In this document: in pieces, positions 1 to 14,486 of the stretch | Layout: each line of letters opens with the position of its first letter | How positions within the stretch are numbered: position 1 is the first letter of the stretch | From: Acidobacteriota bacterium | Lineage (GTDB): Bacteria; Acidobacteriota; UBA6911 | Assembly: GCA_963664705.1 (NCBI GenBank) | Contig: OY761556.1 | Location: 800,001-864,000, forward strand | DNA length: 64,000 nt | Direction of reading: 5' to 3' | Notes under the pieces: generated by a model | Database searches by the model: none | What the model saw: the letters and a program-made list of their open reading frames with translations, nothing else | Told to the model about the DNA's origin: nothing | Position numbers and translations under genes: made by a program

Positions 1-79
1 CGATGTCGCGGGCGACCCTGCCGTCTTCGAAAAACAGAAAAGCCTTTTCGGCAAAAACGACGATACGAAACCGGAATAG
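1..79 (+). CDS. 3' end of an upstream gene, truncated by the window edge, product unknown
   Basis: Frame 2 reads DVAGDPAVFEKQKSLFGKNDDTKPE to TAG at 77-79, 36 nt before purN. Confidence 0.4.
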   Translation, partial: DVAGDPAVFEKQKSLFGKNDDTKPE

Positions 80-115
80 AAGGCGGGTTTGATCGGCCAT
101 TGGTGCGGGAACACA

Positions 116-694
116 ATGAAAAACAGAAAAATTGCGATACTACTGTCCGGGAGAGGTTCAAATTTCGTTGCCATTCATGAGGCGATCCAGCGGGGAGATC
201 TGAATGCCGAGATATGCTGTGTGATTAGTAATGTCCAGGGGGCTGCAGGGCTGGCGCGGGCAAGGGAATTTGGCTTAAGGGCATCCTGTCTCCCTTCTCA
301 CGGCATCGATAGAGCGGAGTATGATCGGATGCTGGTGAATGCACTCCGTCCGTTCGATCCTGCGATTGTCTGCCTGGCCGGATTTATGCGCATCCTGAGT
401 CCCGAATTTCTCAGGGAATATCGGGGACGGGTCGTGAATATTCATCCGGCGCTGCTGCCCTCCTTTCCGGGATTGCATGCGCAGAAGCAGGCGCTGGAAT
501 ATGGCGTGAAGATTTCCGGCTGTACGGTGCATATTGCGGATGAAGGCGTGGATACCGGCCCCATTCTTCTGCAAAGCGCTGTAGATGTGCTGGCGGGGGA
601 TACGGAGGACAGCCTGTCTGCGCGCATATTGGAGCAGGAGCACCGGATTTACTGGCGCGCGATTGATCTTCTTCTGGCGCGTCTGAATGACTGA
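116..694 (+). CDS. purN: Phosphoribosylglycinamide formyltransferase
   Basis: IAILLSGRGSNF, LAGFMRIL, NIHPALLPSFPG, GCTVH and DTGPI motifs; ATG at 116. Confidence 0.96.
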   Translation: MKNRKIAILLSGRGSNFVAIHEAIQRGDLNAEICCVISNVQGAAGLARAREFGLRASCLPSHGIDRAEYDRMLVNALRPFDPAIVCLAGFMRILSPEFLREYRGRVVNIHPALLPSFPGLHAQKQALEYGVKISGCTVHIADEGVDTGPILLQSAVDVLAGDTEDSLSARILEQEHRIYWRAIDLLLARLND

Positions 695-783
695 AAAGAC
701 GGCCGTTGCCGGCCCAAAAGCCGCGCACGGGAGCGATGGGCTGGTCGATTTGAGGATAATTTTAAAATATTTCAATTTTTGTC

Positions 784-812
784 TTTACAGATCGATGCGA
801 CATGCGTAGAAT
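784..812 (+). promoter_or_regulatory. rrn promoter P1 (sigma70)
   Basis: TTTACA-N17-TAGAAT, with an AT-rich UP-like tract upstream and a C-rich discriminator. Confidence 0.75.
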
Positions 813-916
813 CCCCCCTTCTCAGTCGTTGAGATTGAGGAAGTTGCAGCCTATTTGAAAAAAAGCTTTCGTTTCCTGGGCAGTTTTTGCTCACTCTCCG
901 TGAACAAAATACCTGC

Positions 917-945
917 TTGACAAGAGACGCGATCGGATCTAGTAT
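917..945 (+). promoter_or_regulatory. rrn promoter P2 (sigma70)
   Basis: TTGACA-N17-TAGTAT. Confidence 0.8.
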
Positions 946-1041
946 TTGACCCGCCTCTCAGGAACGATTGAGGGGCTGGATATTTTCGATCGAATTGATT
1001 GAGAAGTCCTTCGGTCATAGTCGGGTTGATCTCAGCCAAAG

Positions 1042-1070
1042 TTGACAAGCTGATTTTTCAGTCCTAAGAT
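1042..1070 (+). promoter_or_regulatory. rrn promoter P3 (sigma70)
   Basis: TTGACA-N17-TAAGAT. Confidence 0.75.
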
Positions 1071-1078
1071 TAATGACT

Positions 1079-1104
1079 GCCTAGATCTTTGAAAACTAGA
1101 TAGT
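1079..1104 (+). promoter_or_regulatory. boxA antiterminator and 5' arm of the 16S processing stem
   Basis: GCCTAGATCTTTGAAAACTAGATAGT contains boxA-like GATCTTTGAAAA and is the exact reverse complement of 2747-2772. Confidence 0.85.
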
Positions 1105-1179
1105 GCGTGTCCTAAAGACACCAATTCCAAAAGTAGTAACCAGTAGCCCGAACATATTAATGTTCGGGACTCTTCGATC

Positions 1180-2724
<1,545 letters not shown>

Positions 2725-2829
2725 AGAGATGGGGTCCAAAGGCACGACTATCTAGTTTTCAAAGATCTAGGCTTTCTGGCCAACAAGCTTTGGACCCGTG
2801 GAAACGGGGAGATGGCTAATGACGAAGAT

Positions 2830-2906
2830 GGGCCTATAGCTCAGTTGGCTAGAGCGCACCCCTGATAAGGGTGAGGTCGGTAGTTCGACTCTACCTAGGC
2901 CCACCA
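2830..2906 (+). tRNA. tRNA-Ile(GAT)
   Basis: Cloverleaf GGGCCTA...CTGATAA...GTTCGAC...TAGGCCCACCA in the ITS. Confidence 0.98.
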
Positions 2907-2938
2907 CAACTGTTCGGTCGGAAAATATTTGACCAATC

Positions 2939-3014
2939 GGGGGTATAGCTCAGCTGGAAGAGCACCTGCTTTGCAAGCAGGGGGTCAGCGGTTCAAATCC
3001 GCTTACCTCCACCA
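2939..3014 (+). tRNA. tRNA-Ala(TGC)
   Basis: GGGGGTA...TTTGCAA...GTTCAAATC...TACCTCCACCA, with a G3:U70 pair. Confidence 0.98.
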
Positions 3015-3220
3015 GCCTCCGCAGGATGTGCCTGAAACCAAGAGCTTCGAAAAGAGCTTTTAGTTTCCGGCATAGCCGGAAGAAGTAATGATTCATCCGC
3101 CGTAGCTTTAGCGAAAGCGGAAGATCTTTGACAATCAGATAACGACGGGTAAAAAAGAATCAAGGAACAAGGGGCCATGATAGTGCTCTGAACTTGAGGT
3201 CTTGGAAGAGATTTTGAGTG

Positions 3221-6237
<3,017 letters not shown>

Positions 6238-6328
6238 TAAGATTTGCCCTGCTTGAAAATCTCAAGCCTGTCGTTATCTGACGATAGAACGGAAAAAAGG
6301 GAAGCAGCGAAGGCTGCAGACCAAAGTT

Positions 6329-6445
<117 letters not shown>

Positions 6446-6456
6446 TAAATTATACA

Positions 6457-6527
6457 GCGCCAGTCATTCGTCGCCGGTAGTTCGCAAAGATGCGGACTAT
6501 GGACGACGGGTGACTGGCGTTTTTTTT
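6457..6527 (+). terminator. Rho-independent terminator of the rrn operon (long hairpin)
   Basis: GCGCCAGTCATTCGTCG...CGACGGGTGACTGGCGT followed by a T-tract. Confidence 0.85.
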
Positions 6528-6677
6528 GCCTTTCCTATCCCTGTCCACACACATATCTCATCCTGTATCATTCCTTAGACTGTTGCATTGCCCGTAATGC
6601 CGCTGGTAAATAGCTATCAGCGGGTTTAACACAATTCATGGTCAAAAGAGATTAGCCAAGAAAAAAGGAGAGAAGAT

Positions 6678-7229
6678 ATGGGTGCGGCAAGAATAGCTCG
6701 GCTCGTTCCTGTCATTGCATGTTTTCTGTTCCTCCTCCCCGTTGCCAAGGCTCAAAGCAAAAAAGATCTGCCCTCGATCCAGGCACGTCTTGCAAAAGAA
6801 GTGCGCCACTCCCTCATTTTGCTGCCGAATTATGGCATTTTCGACAATCTCGAATTTTCCATCTCAGAAATCGACACCGTGACACTTTCCGGTCAGGTGA
6901 CCCGACCTTCTTTGAAAAGCGATGCTGAGCGCACAGTCCTTAACATCGAAGGGGTGGGAAAGGTTATTAACAAGATCGAAGTGTTGCCAATCTCGCCTGC
7001 GGATGAAAGGATACGCCTGGCCGCGTATCGTACGATTTTCTCAAAACCTGGATTGGATTTGTACGCTATGCGAGCTGTCCCGCCGATTCATATTATTGTC
7101 AATAACGGATCGATTACCCTGGTAGGTGTGGTGGCAAACGAAATGGAGCGGAATGTTGCCGGGATAGCAGCCCGGGAAGTTCCGGGAGCTTTTAGCGTCG
7201 TCAATAACCTCCGGGTAGAAAACAAATAA
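6678..7229 (+). CDS. Secreted double BON-domain protein (OsmY-like)
   Basis: Signal peptide; two BON repeats (VTLSGQV...GVGKVINKIEV and ITLVGVV...VVNNLRV); AAGGAG RBS. Confidence 0.9.
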   Translation: MGAARIARLVPVIACFLFLLPVAKAQSKKDLPSIQARLAKEVRHSLILLPNYGIFDNLEFSISEIDTVTLSGQVTRPSLKSDAERTVLNIEGVGKVINKIEVLPISPADERIRLAAYRTIFSKPGLDLYAMRAVPPIHIIVNNGSITLVGVVANEMERNVAGIAAREVPGAFSVVNNLRVENK

Positions 7230-7304
7230 TCCGGCGGATCAGGGAAGTATCCTGATTTTTTGTTGATTATTTACGCTACTCCATTTTCTTTTCCCGGCGA
7301 TATC

Positions 7305-7333
7305 TTGCATTAGTTACGCAGCTCGATTACATT
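7305..7333 (+). promoter_or_regulatory. Putative lon promoter
   Basis: TTGCAT-N17-TACATT, 75 nt before the lon ATG. Confidence 0.45.
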
Positions 7334-7408
7334 GTGCCACGGTTGCCGTGAAAACATGTGCCGCGGAAGTGGCTTTCCAGATAACAGGAATCCATAAGGG
7401 TACTTATT

Positions 7409-9823
7409 ATGACCGATACCATGACAGAGGAAGATGTTATTAAAGCACAGCCGGAAATTGAGCAAGCTCCACTGGTGCTCGCCTCTGAATTGCTTCCGAC
7501 ACGATTGCCGATTCTACCCATTCGACCGAGGCCGCTCTTTCCCGGGTTGCCTATCCCTCTGGAAGTAGGCCCTGATCAGATCCAGGGTATCCAGCATGCG
7601 CTTGAGTTTTCTTCAAAAACGATGGGAATTATCCTCGTTCGTGACCCGAACGGGCCCGAAACGCCCGACAATCTGTACAAGGTCGGGGTGGCCGCGAAAA
7701 TCCTCCGTGTATTCCAGGGCGAAAATGAAAGCACCAACATCCTGATCAATTGCGTGGAGCGATTCACAATTGAGGATATGTCCAAATCGGACATCGGGAT
7801 CATGGCCAATGTCAAATACCAGCTTCCGGCGGCGGTGCCTGTCACTGAAGAGCTCAAGGCCTATGCAATGGCTGTGGTGACGACCCTTAAGGATCTTGTG
7901 AAGTTGAACCCGCTGCAATCCGAAGCGATTAAAATGTTTCTCAGCCGGTCCACCTTCGATGATCCGGGCCGGCTTGCAGATTTTTCGGCCAACCTGACCA
8001 CCGCAAGCGGCGCCGAGCTCCAGGAAGTGCTGGAAACCTTCGATGTCCGCGCTCGAATTGATCGCGTCCTGGTGTTGCTGAAGCGTGAGGTCGAAATATC
8101 CAAGCTTCATGTTGAAATCAACAAGCAGATACAGGAGAAAATTTCCGGCCAGCAGCGCGAGTTTTTCCTGAGGGAGCAGCTGAAGGCGATCAAGAAAGAA
8201 CTCGGCCTCGAGAAAGAAGGGAAAACTGCCGAGATCGAAAAATTCCAGGAAAGGCTCAAGACCCTGACGCTCAATGAAGAGGCCAGGAAAGCTGTTGAAG
8301 ACGAAATGGATAAACTGCAGCTTCTGGAACCTCACTCGCCCGAGTACACGGTTTCCCGAAATTATCTTGATTGGCTCACAATTCTGCCGTGGGGCAAGTT
8401 CAGCCAGGATTCCTTTGATGTTGAGAAGGCGCGAGAGATTCTTGACCGGGACCATTACGGCCTGGCGGACGTCAAAGATCGAATTTTGGAGTTTATTGCG
8501 GTTGGAAAACTCAAAGGCGACATTTCCGGTTCCATCCTTTGCCTCGTCGGCCCTCCCGGAGTCGGGAAGACTTCGGTCGGAAAGAGCATTGCCGATGCGT
8601 TGGGGCGAAGTTTTTTCCGGTTTTCCCTCGGAGGCATGAGGGATGAGGCGGAGATAAAAGGGCATCGACGCACCTATATCGGCGCGCTGCCGGGAAAGTT
8701 TCTGCAGGCAATGAAGACGGTTGGGACTTCCAACCCATTGATCATGCTCGATGAAATCGACAAAGTCGGGGCATCTTTCCAGGGCGATCCTGCTTCAGCG
8801 CTCCTGGAAGTTTTGGACCCGGAGCAGAACAGCAGTTTCCGCGATCACTACCTCGATGTTCCGTTTGACCTGTCGCATGTTCTTTTTGTTGCGACCGGGA
8901 ATCAACTGGATACCATCCCGCGCCCCTTGCTGGACCGAATGGAAATTATCCGCCTTTCCGGATACATCTCTGAGGAAAAGCAGGAAATCGCACGCCGTTA
9001 TCTGATTCCCAAGGCCATCAGGAACCACGGGTTGAAGGAGGGCCAGATCTCCATTCGGCGCGATGCATTATCCACCATCATCGAGAACTATGCCCGTGAA
9101 TCAGGCGTGCGGAATCTCGAAAATCTGATCAAAAAGATTGCCCGCAAAGGTGTCATGGAAGTTGTTCGCGGCGAAAAAGACAAAATTGTCATTCAAAAGA
9201 AGGATGTGGAAACATATCTCGGAAAGCCTGTCTTCATGGCGGATGAGATGTTTGAGAATATTCCGGGCGTTGTCACCGGGCTGGCATGGACGAGCATGGG
9301 CGGCGCCACGCTTCAAATCGAGGCTACCGCTGTGCACAGCCGCAGCAAAGGATTCAAGCAGACCGGCCAACTTGGCGCGGTAATGGTGGAGAGTTCCGAT
9401 ATCGCCTATTCCTATGTGATGGCGCATCTTGAAAAATACGGGGCAAAATCGGACTTTTTCGATGAACGCTTTGTACACATTCATGTTCCCGCGGGCGCTA
9501 CGCCAAAAGACGGGCCCTCAGCCGGGGTAACGATGGCCACGGCGCTGCTATCCATGATACTGAACAAGCCGGTTCGAAAGCACCTGGCAATGACCGGGGA
9601 GCTTACCCTGACCGGGCAGGTTCTGCCGATCGGCGGTGTGAAGGAGAAGATCATTGCAGCCCGACGCGTTGGCTGCAAATTTTTGATTTTCCCGGAAGCG
9701 AACAAAAAGGATTTTGAAGAGCTTCCGGATTACCTGAAGAAAGGGTTGACGGTCAGCTTTGCCGCGCGCTACGAAGAGGTATTCGGGCATGCGTTTGGTG
9801 TGAAGCCGGCTGCAAAATCCTAG
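7409..9823 (+). CDS. lon: ATP-dependent protease La (Lon)
   Basis: LON N domain, Walker A GPPGVGKTS, LDEIDK, catalytic PKDGPSAG, IGGVKEK. Confidence 0.98.
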   Translation: MTDTMTEEDVIKAQPEIEQAPLVLASELLPTRLPILPIRPRPLFPGLPIPLEVGPDQIQGIQHALEFSSKTMGIILVRDPNGPETPDNLYKVGVAAKILRVFQGENESTNILINCVERFTIEDMSKSDIGIMANVKYQLPAAVPVTEELKAYAMAVVTTLKDLVKLNPLQSEAIKMFLSRSTFDDPGRLADFSANLTTASGAELQEVLETFDVRARIDRVLVLLKREVEISKLHVEINKQIQEKISGQQREFFLREQLKAIKKELGLEKEGKTAEIEKFQERLKTLTLNEEARKAVEDEMDKLQLLEPHSPEYTVSRNYLDWLTILPWGKFSQDSFDVEKAREILDRDHYGLADVKDRILEFIAVGKLKGDISGSILCLVGPPGVGKTSVGKSIADALGRSFFRFSLGGMRDEAEIKGHRRTYIGALPGKFLQAMKTVGTSNPLIMLDEIDKVGASFQGDPASALLEVLDPEQNSSFRDHYLDVPFDLSHVLFVATGNQLDTIPRPLLDRMEIIRLSGYISEEKQEIARRYLIPKAIRNHGLKEGQISIRRDALSTIIENYARESGVRNLENLIKKIARKGVMEVVRGEKDKIVIQKKDVETYLGKPVFMADEMFENIPGVVTGLAWTSMGGATLQIEATAVHSRSKGFKQTGQLGAVMVESSDIAYSYVMAHLEKYGAKSDFFDERFVHIHVPAGATPKDGPSAGVTMATALLSMILNKPVRKHLAMTGELTLTGQVLPIGGVKEKIIAARRVGCKFLIFPEANKKDFEELPDYLKKGLTVSFAARYEEVFGHAFGVKPAAKS

Positions 9824-9849
9824 CCGCATTCGGGCTGAAAGGCCCATCG

Positions 9850-10428
9850 ATGACTACGATTGTGATTGGCGGGCACTCCCGCAAAGTGGGGAAGACATCC
9901 GTCACCGAAGGTTTGATCCGGGAATTGCACCAATACCCCTGGACTGCCGTGAAAATCTCATCTCACTGGCATGCAGACCCGGCTGTGACGGATGCTTTTC
10001 TTATCCACGAGGAATCTCCGGGAAGCGGAAATTCTTCAGATACGGCCAGGTACCTGAGGGCGGGCGCCTCGCGTGCTTTCTGGATGCAGGTGCGCCCGCA
10101 GCATTTCGCGAATGCGCTTCCCACCCTGCTTTCCATTATGCATTCCGGGCCGTACACAATCGTTGAGAGCAATGCAATTTTGCATCATATTTGCCCGGAG
10201 CTGTACGTGATGGTCCTTCGCTATGATGTGGACGAATTTAAGGCCAGTGCCCGCGATTCACTGGTCCGGGCGAATGCCATTATTGCGATTGATTCCGGAG
10301 AATCCATCCCTGCCTGGAAAGATGGAATAAGAGCTGCCATGGAGGGGATCCCTGTCTTTACAACACCCATACCAGGCAAACTGCCGGCCGGCTTCATCGA
10401 TTTCGTAAAAGCTCGTTTGGGAATCTAG
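9850..10428 (+). CDS. Hypothetical P-loop protein (MobB-like NTPase fold)
   Basis: N-terminal IGGHSRKVGKTS Walker-A-like motif; SSDTARYLRAGA; IVESN. Confidence 0.7.
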   Translation: MTTIVIGGHSRKVGKTSVTEGLIRELHQYPWTAVKISSHWHADPAVTDAFLIHEESPGSGNSSDTARYLRAGASRAFWMQVRPQHFANALPTLLSIMHSGPYTIVESNAILHHICPELYVMVLRYDVDEFKASARDSLVRANAIIAIDSGESIPAWKDGIRAAMEGIPVFTTPIPGKLPAGFIDFVKARLGI

Positions 10429-10474
10429 CCGCAAGGATAGCCGGTTTCTTGCCGGCAGGATCTCATCCGCAACC

Positions 10475-10885
10475 TCAGATACGCTGAGATCTGGCAGAAA
10501 CTCGGGATTTTACAAAGTCTACAATTTCCTGCAATGGACTGCCGGGCGGAAAGATGGCTGCAATCCCGATTTCCGTTAGCGCGGGGATGTCCCGTTCAGG
10601 GATAATGCCGCCCGCAAAAACCAGGACATCTTCCATCCCGTTCTCGTGCAGCAGGCTGATGATCTTTGGGAAAAGATGCATATGGGCTCCTGATAGAATG
10701 GAAAGCCCGATAGCGTCGACATCCTCCTGCAGAGCCGCCTGCACGATCTGCTCCGGAGTCTGCCGCAGCCCGGTGTAGATAACCTCCATTCCGGAGTCCC
10801 GGAGGGCGCGGGCGATCACCTTGGCTCCCCGGTCATGGCCATCCAGTCCCGGCTTTGCTACCAAAATTCGAATTATCTTCTCCAT
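10475..10885 (-). CDS. Acyl-CoA mutase small subunit (cobalamin-binding domain)
   Basis: [13 protein letters not shown] (DxHxxG), SILSGAH, GGIIP; start set at ATG 10885. Confidence 0.95.
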   Translation of the reverse strand: MEKIIRILVAKPGLDGHDRGAKVIARALRDSGMEVIYTGLRQTPEQIVQAALQEDVDAIGLSILSGAHMHLFPKIISLLHENGMEDVLVFAGGIIPERDIPALTEIGIAAIFPPGSPLQEIVDFVKSRVSARSQRI

Positions 10886-10926
10886 TGGCTGAATCCTCGA
10901 ACAACTGCTTCTCAGGTGCTTCAGGA

Positions 10927-12525
10927 CTAGAAGATGGCCGGTTCCTGGTATTCCCCGAAAACGGATCTCAATGTGTCGCACATTTCGCCAAGAGTGGCAT
11001 AGGAGCGGACGCACTCGAGAATCACGGGCATCAGATTTTCCGTGCCCTGCGCTGCAGTCTTTAACCTCGACAGGTTTTCCCGGACATGCGTGTCATTCCT
11101 CGAAGCTCGCAGCCTTTTCAGCTTTGCGCACTGACGCTCTGTCACTTCTTCGTCAATAGCCAGAATCTCGACCGGGGCTTCTTCTTCTCCGGCGAATGCG
11201 GTAATCCCGACGATGTGCTTTTCCTTGCGTTCCAGGGCTTTGGCATACTGATAGGATGCTTCCTGGATTTCCCGTTGTGGGAAACCGCGTTCAATGGCTT
11301 CGATCATGCCCCCCATTTCATCTATTCTTGCGAAATAGTCGAGGCAGGCGGCTTCCATTTCATTGGTCAGGGTTTCTACGAAATAGGACCCCCCGAGCGG
11401 ATCGACTGTGCCGGCCGCTCCGCTTTCGTGCGCAATAATCTGCTGCGTTCGAAGCGCAAGTCGGACGGAATCCTGCGTCGGCAGTCCCAGTGTTTCATCC
11501 AGCGAATTGGTGTGAAGCGATTGTGTTCCTCCCAGAACGGCGGCCAGTGCCTGGATTGCAACGCGTACAACATTGTTGTAGGGCTGCTGGGCGGTTAAAG
11601 AAACTCCGGCAGTTTGAGAGTGGATTCTGCAGAGAAGCGACCTGGGGTCCTTGGCGCCAAACCGGTCCCGCATCACCCGGGCCCAGATTCGTCGGGCCGC
11701 GCGAAGCTTGGCAATTTCCTCGAAAAAGTCATTGTGGATGTCAAAGAAGAAACTGAGGCGCGGGGCGAAATCATCGACCGCGAGCCCCACATCCATGCAG
11801 TATTTTACATACTCCATGCCGTCGCGCAGCGTGAATGCAAGTTCCTGAATGGCCGTCGAACCGGCTTCCCGGATATGATATCCGCTGATGGAGATCGTGT
11901 TCCAGCGCGGAACGTGGCGAGTTGCGTACGCGATGATGTCGGTCACAATCCGCATGGCGGGCCGCGGTGGGAAGATGTAGGTTTTTTGCGCGATATACTC
12001 TTTTAGAATATCGTTCTGGATCGTTCCGGAAATATCCTCCCAGCGAACTCCCTGTTTTTCGGCTGCTACCAGATACATTCCCCAGATCATCGATGCAGGA
12101 GCATTCGTTGTCATGGATGTGGTTACGGTATCAAGCCGAATGCCTTCAAAGAGGGTTTCCATGTCCGCGAGCGAATCAATCGCAACGCCGCAGCGGCCGA
12201 CCTCTCCGGCGGAAAGAGGGTGATCCGAATCATACCCGTAAAGAGTGGGGTAATCGAAAGCCACGGAAAGTCCCGTTTGTCCCTGTTTCAGGAGGTATTT
12301 GAATCTTTGATTGGTATCCTCCGCGGTCCCAAAGCCGGCAAATTGACGCATTGTCCAGAGCCGGCCCCTGTACATGTCCCGATGCACTCCGCGAGTATAG
12401 GGGAACTCCCCTGGCAGCCCGAGGTCGTTCTCAGGGGCAAACCCCTCGAGATCTTCGTGCGCATATACCTCTTTAACGGGATGTCCGGAAATTGTGGTGA
12501 CCTGTTTTTCGATGGTCTCTTTCAT
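10927..12525 (-). CDS. B12-dependent acyl-CoA mutase large subunit (MCM family, isobutyryl-CoA mutase-like signature)
   Basis: [51 protein letters not shown]. Confidence 0.95.
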   Translation of the reverse strand: MKETIEKQVTTISGHPVKEVYAHEDLEGFAPENDLGLPGEFPYTRGVHRDMYRGRLWTMRQFAGFGTAEDTNQRFKYLLKQGQTGLSVAFDYPTLYGYDSDHPLSAGEVGRCGVAIDSLADMETLFEGIRLDTVTTSMTTNAPASMIWGMYLVAAEKQGVRWEDISGTIQNDILKEYIAQKTYIFPPRPAMRIVTDIIAYATRHVPRWNTISISGYHIREAGSTAIQELAFTLRDGMEYVKYCMDVGLAVDDFAPRLSFFFDIHNDFFEEIAKLRAARRIWARVMRDRFGAKDPRSLLCRIHSQTAGVSLTAQQPYNNVVRVAIQALAAVLGGTQSLHTNSLDETLGLPTQDSVRLALRTQQIIAHESGAAGTVDPLGGSYFVETLTNEMEAACLDYFARIDEMGGMIEAIERGFPQREIQEASYQYAKALERKEKHIVGITAFAGEEEAPVEILAIDEEVTERQCAKLKRLRASRNDTHVRENLSRLKTAAQGTENLMPVILECVRSYATLGEMCDTLRSVFGEYQEPAIF

Positions 12526-12564
12526 GAATTCATCTGGATTTGGTTGCGTGCGCCTGCCGATGAA

Positions 12565-13044
12565 CTAGTTTTTGTCTTCGAGTTCTTTTGCTCTCCGGAA
12601 GCAGTCGATCGCTTTATCGTTCTGGTTCATGTTTTTATACAGATAGCCCTTTTCTTTCCAGATTGCGATCTGACTCGGAGAGGACCGAAAGCACTTTGAA
12701 CTCCGGTCAATGACCTGAAGGCCAAGGGATGCTTGTCCCTGCCGCAGAAACTGGTCGCTCAAAAAGAGCAGCTCTTTGAGCAGGAGAGGTTCCTGATCGT
12801 CCGGCCACCGCATTTCAAATATCTTGTTTGCCTCAGCGACCGCCTTTTGAAATTCTTTTTGTTTTATCAGCAGCATTACGATTTCATGCTGGGTTTCGGC
12901 CATGCTCTTGGTTTTGCCCAAGGCTGCCGGCGGATCCGATTGTTGCCCGCAAAGAGGCGCGATTGGCAAAATCCCTGCAAGTAATATTGTAAGAACGCCG
13001 GCTGTGATCCTTCGCCTGATTTTTGATATTGCAGCCGAATTCAT
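12565..13044 (-). CDS. Secreted TPR-repeat protein
   Basis: Hydrophobic signal segment; TPR-like AIWKEKGYLYKNMNQNDKAIDCFRRA; overlaps the anti-sigma stop codon. Confidence 0.8.
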   Translation of the reverse strand: MNSAAISKIRRRITAGVLTILLAGILPIAPLCGQQSDPPAALGKTKSMAETQHEIVMLLIKQKEFQKAVAEANKIFEMRWPDDQEPLLLKELLFLSDQFLRQGQASLGLQVIDRSSKCFRSSPSQIAIWKEKGYLYKNMNQNDKAIDCFRRAKELEDKN

Positions 13045-13529
13045 CGATCCTCCGATCGAAAAGGGTTTTCCGCGGCAGTTGCATGGATTTCTATGAAAGG
13101 ATTATAGGCGTATGGATTGTCGTTTTGGGACTGCATCTGGCGTGCTTCCCGTTCCCGGATGTATTGGGAGATATACCTGTCCAGGCTTTGTTGCTGGATA
13201 TGGGTATATTGCACATATCCCATGGCAAGCGCAGCAAGCAATCCAGCGGTGGCCATTACCGGACGCCAGCGACGAACCAGCCAGACGCGAGGTGCGGTTT
13301 CCGGTGCGTCCTGGTAGATGCGGGCTCGCACCATATTCCACGATTCGGGGCGTGGATCCAATGTGCGGCTATGAGATTCAACGAAATCGCCGACTTCCTG
13401 CAGACTGCGCAATTCCTCTGAGCAGGGAACGCAGGTTCGAAGATGGGATCGGACTCGTTCCGTGTCGGCGGCATTCAACTCGCCGTCCAAATACGCAGTC
13501 AACTCTTCTCCGCATTGTATACAATCCAT
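13041..13529 (-). CDS. zf-HC2 membrane anti-sigma factor
   Basis: MDC...LTAYLDGEL...HLRTCVPC (HxxxCxxC) plus one TM helix. Confidence 0.9.
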   Translation of the reverse strand: MDCIQCGEELTAYLDGELNAADTERVRSHLRTCVPCSEELRSLQEVGDFVESHSRTLDPRPESWNMVRARIYQDAPETAPRVWLVRRWRPVMATAGLLAALAMGYVQYTHIQQQSLDRYISQYIREREARQMQSQNDNPYAYNPFIEIHATAAENPFRSEDR

Positions 13530-13532
13530 GGA

Positions 13533-14138
13533 TTATGCCTTCAGATATTCTTTAACACGTTTCCGGACTTCCAGTCGAGCACGATGAATGTCTGTCTTGA
13601 TGCTCGGAAGACTTCTGCCGACCGCCTCCGCAATCTGCTGATAGCTGAGATGCTGAAGGGCGGAGAGGATGAACACTTCCCGGTATTTTTCAGGAAGCCC
13701 GGCGATAACATCTGCCACAACATCTTCGAGCTCTATGTTCTGAAAAGCCTCGTCAGGGTTCTTCCGCGTATCCACCAGCTCGGTCACCGTCTGGCCATTT
13801 TCGTCCAGAGCGTCAATCGAAACACTCGCGGGAGCGCGCGTACGATATCTCTGGTACACAAAATTTCTTGCAATCCGGAAAAGCCACGGTTCGAACCTGC
13901 TGTCGTCCTTCAGCGTCGCGATTTTCTGGTAAACAGCTACGAAGGTTTCCTGTGCAAGATCTTCTGCCTCTTCCGGAGAATTGACCATCCGGTAAATGAA
14001 GTTCAGGACCTTGCGCGCAAAGAAACCATATATTTCCTGATAGGACTGAATATCTCCCTTTTTAGCTTTCCTGATCCACTGGACCAGCGTTGCGGGATCG
14101 ATATTCGTGCTCACCGGGTTCAAGTTTTTTTTCGTCAA
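13533..14138 (-). CDS. ECF sigma-70 factor
   Basis: AEDLAQETF, FEPWLFRIARN, LSYQQIAE...IHRAR; TTG start uncertain. Confidence 0.93.
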   Translation of the reverse strand: MTKKNLNPVSTNIDPATLVQWIRKAKKGDIQSYQEIYGFFARKVLNFIYRMVNSPEEAEDLAQETFVAVYQKIATLKDDSRFEPWLFRIARNFVYQRYRTRAPASVSIDALDENGQTVTELVDTRKNPDEAFQNIELEDVVADVIAGLPEKYREVFILSALQHLSYQQIAEAVGRSLPSIKTDIHRARLEVRKRVKEYLKA

Positions 14139-14415
14139 ACTGAACTCACAATTGTTGATACATAGGGATACGGAAAGTTTCGCTTCGGACCCATTTTTTT
14201 TGAACCATTATAAACCGGCCAGTGTCATTGGCATACCAAATCAGCGCAGTTTACTGCCTTTCGAATTTGCATGTTTCCGGAGCGATCCGGCAGCAATTGC
14301 CCCTTCTTTCTTAAGTGTAGCAGAGAGGATGGGCCCATTCCTGACGAGAATTCGTGCCCATGCAAGGAAGGCGTCTATTTCAGAAAGGTCATCCACATCG
14401 GAGTTTGCCATATTT

Positions 14416-14441
14416 TGGAACGCACTTACGGCCGGTCCGTA
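14416..14441 (+). promoter_or_regulatory. ECF (SigW/RpoE-type) promoter of the PDZ gene
   Basis: TGGAAC-N16-CGTA, 45 nt before the ATG and divergent from the ECF gene. Confidence 0.6.
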
Positions 14442-14486
14442 TTGAGTGAGGAACAGTTTTGTAGGTTGTTACACCGGAGGATACAC

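Noticed and set aside
3096-3121. REP-like CCGCCGTAGCTTTAGCGAAAGCGG in the ITS
   Set aside because: Single copy in the window, and it can be explained as the boxB-like hairpin preceding the ITS boxA
7613-8665. 350-aa antisense ORF inside lon (similarly 47337-48335, 56481-57608 and 60776-61666)
   Set aside because: Shadow ORFs opposite well-supported genes, expected from codon bias, with no recognisable motifs
14150-14185. ECF autoregulatory promoter (GAAAC...GTATC, minus strand)
   Set aside because: Spacing is 2 nt shorter than the PDZ-gene promoter, so it is not convincing
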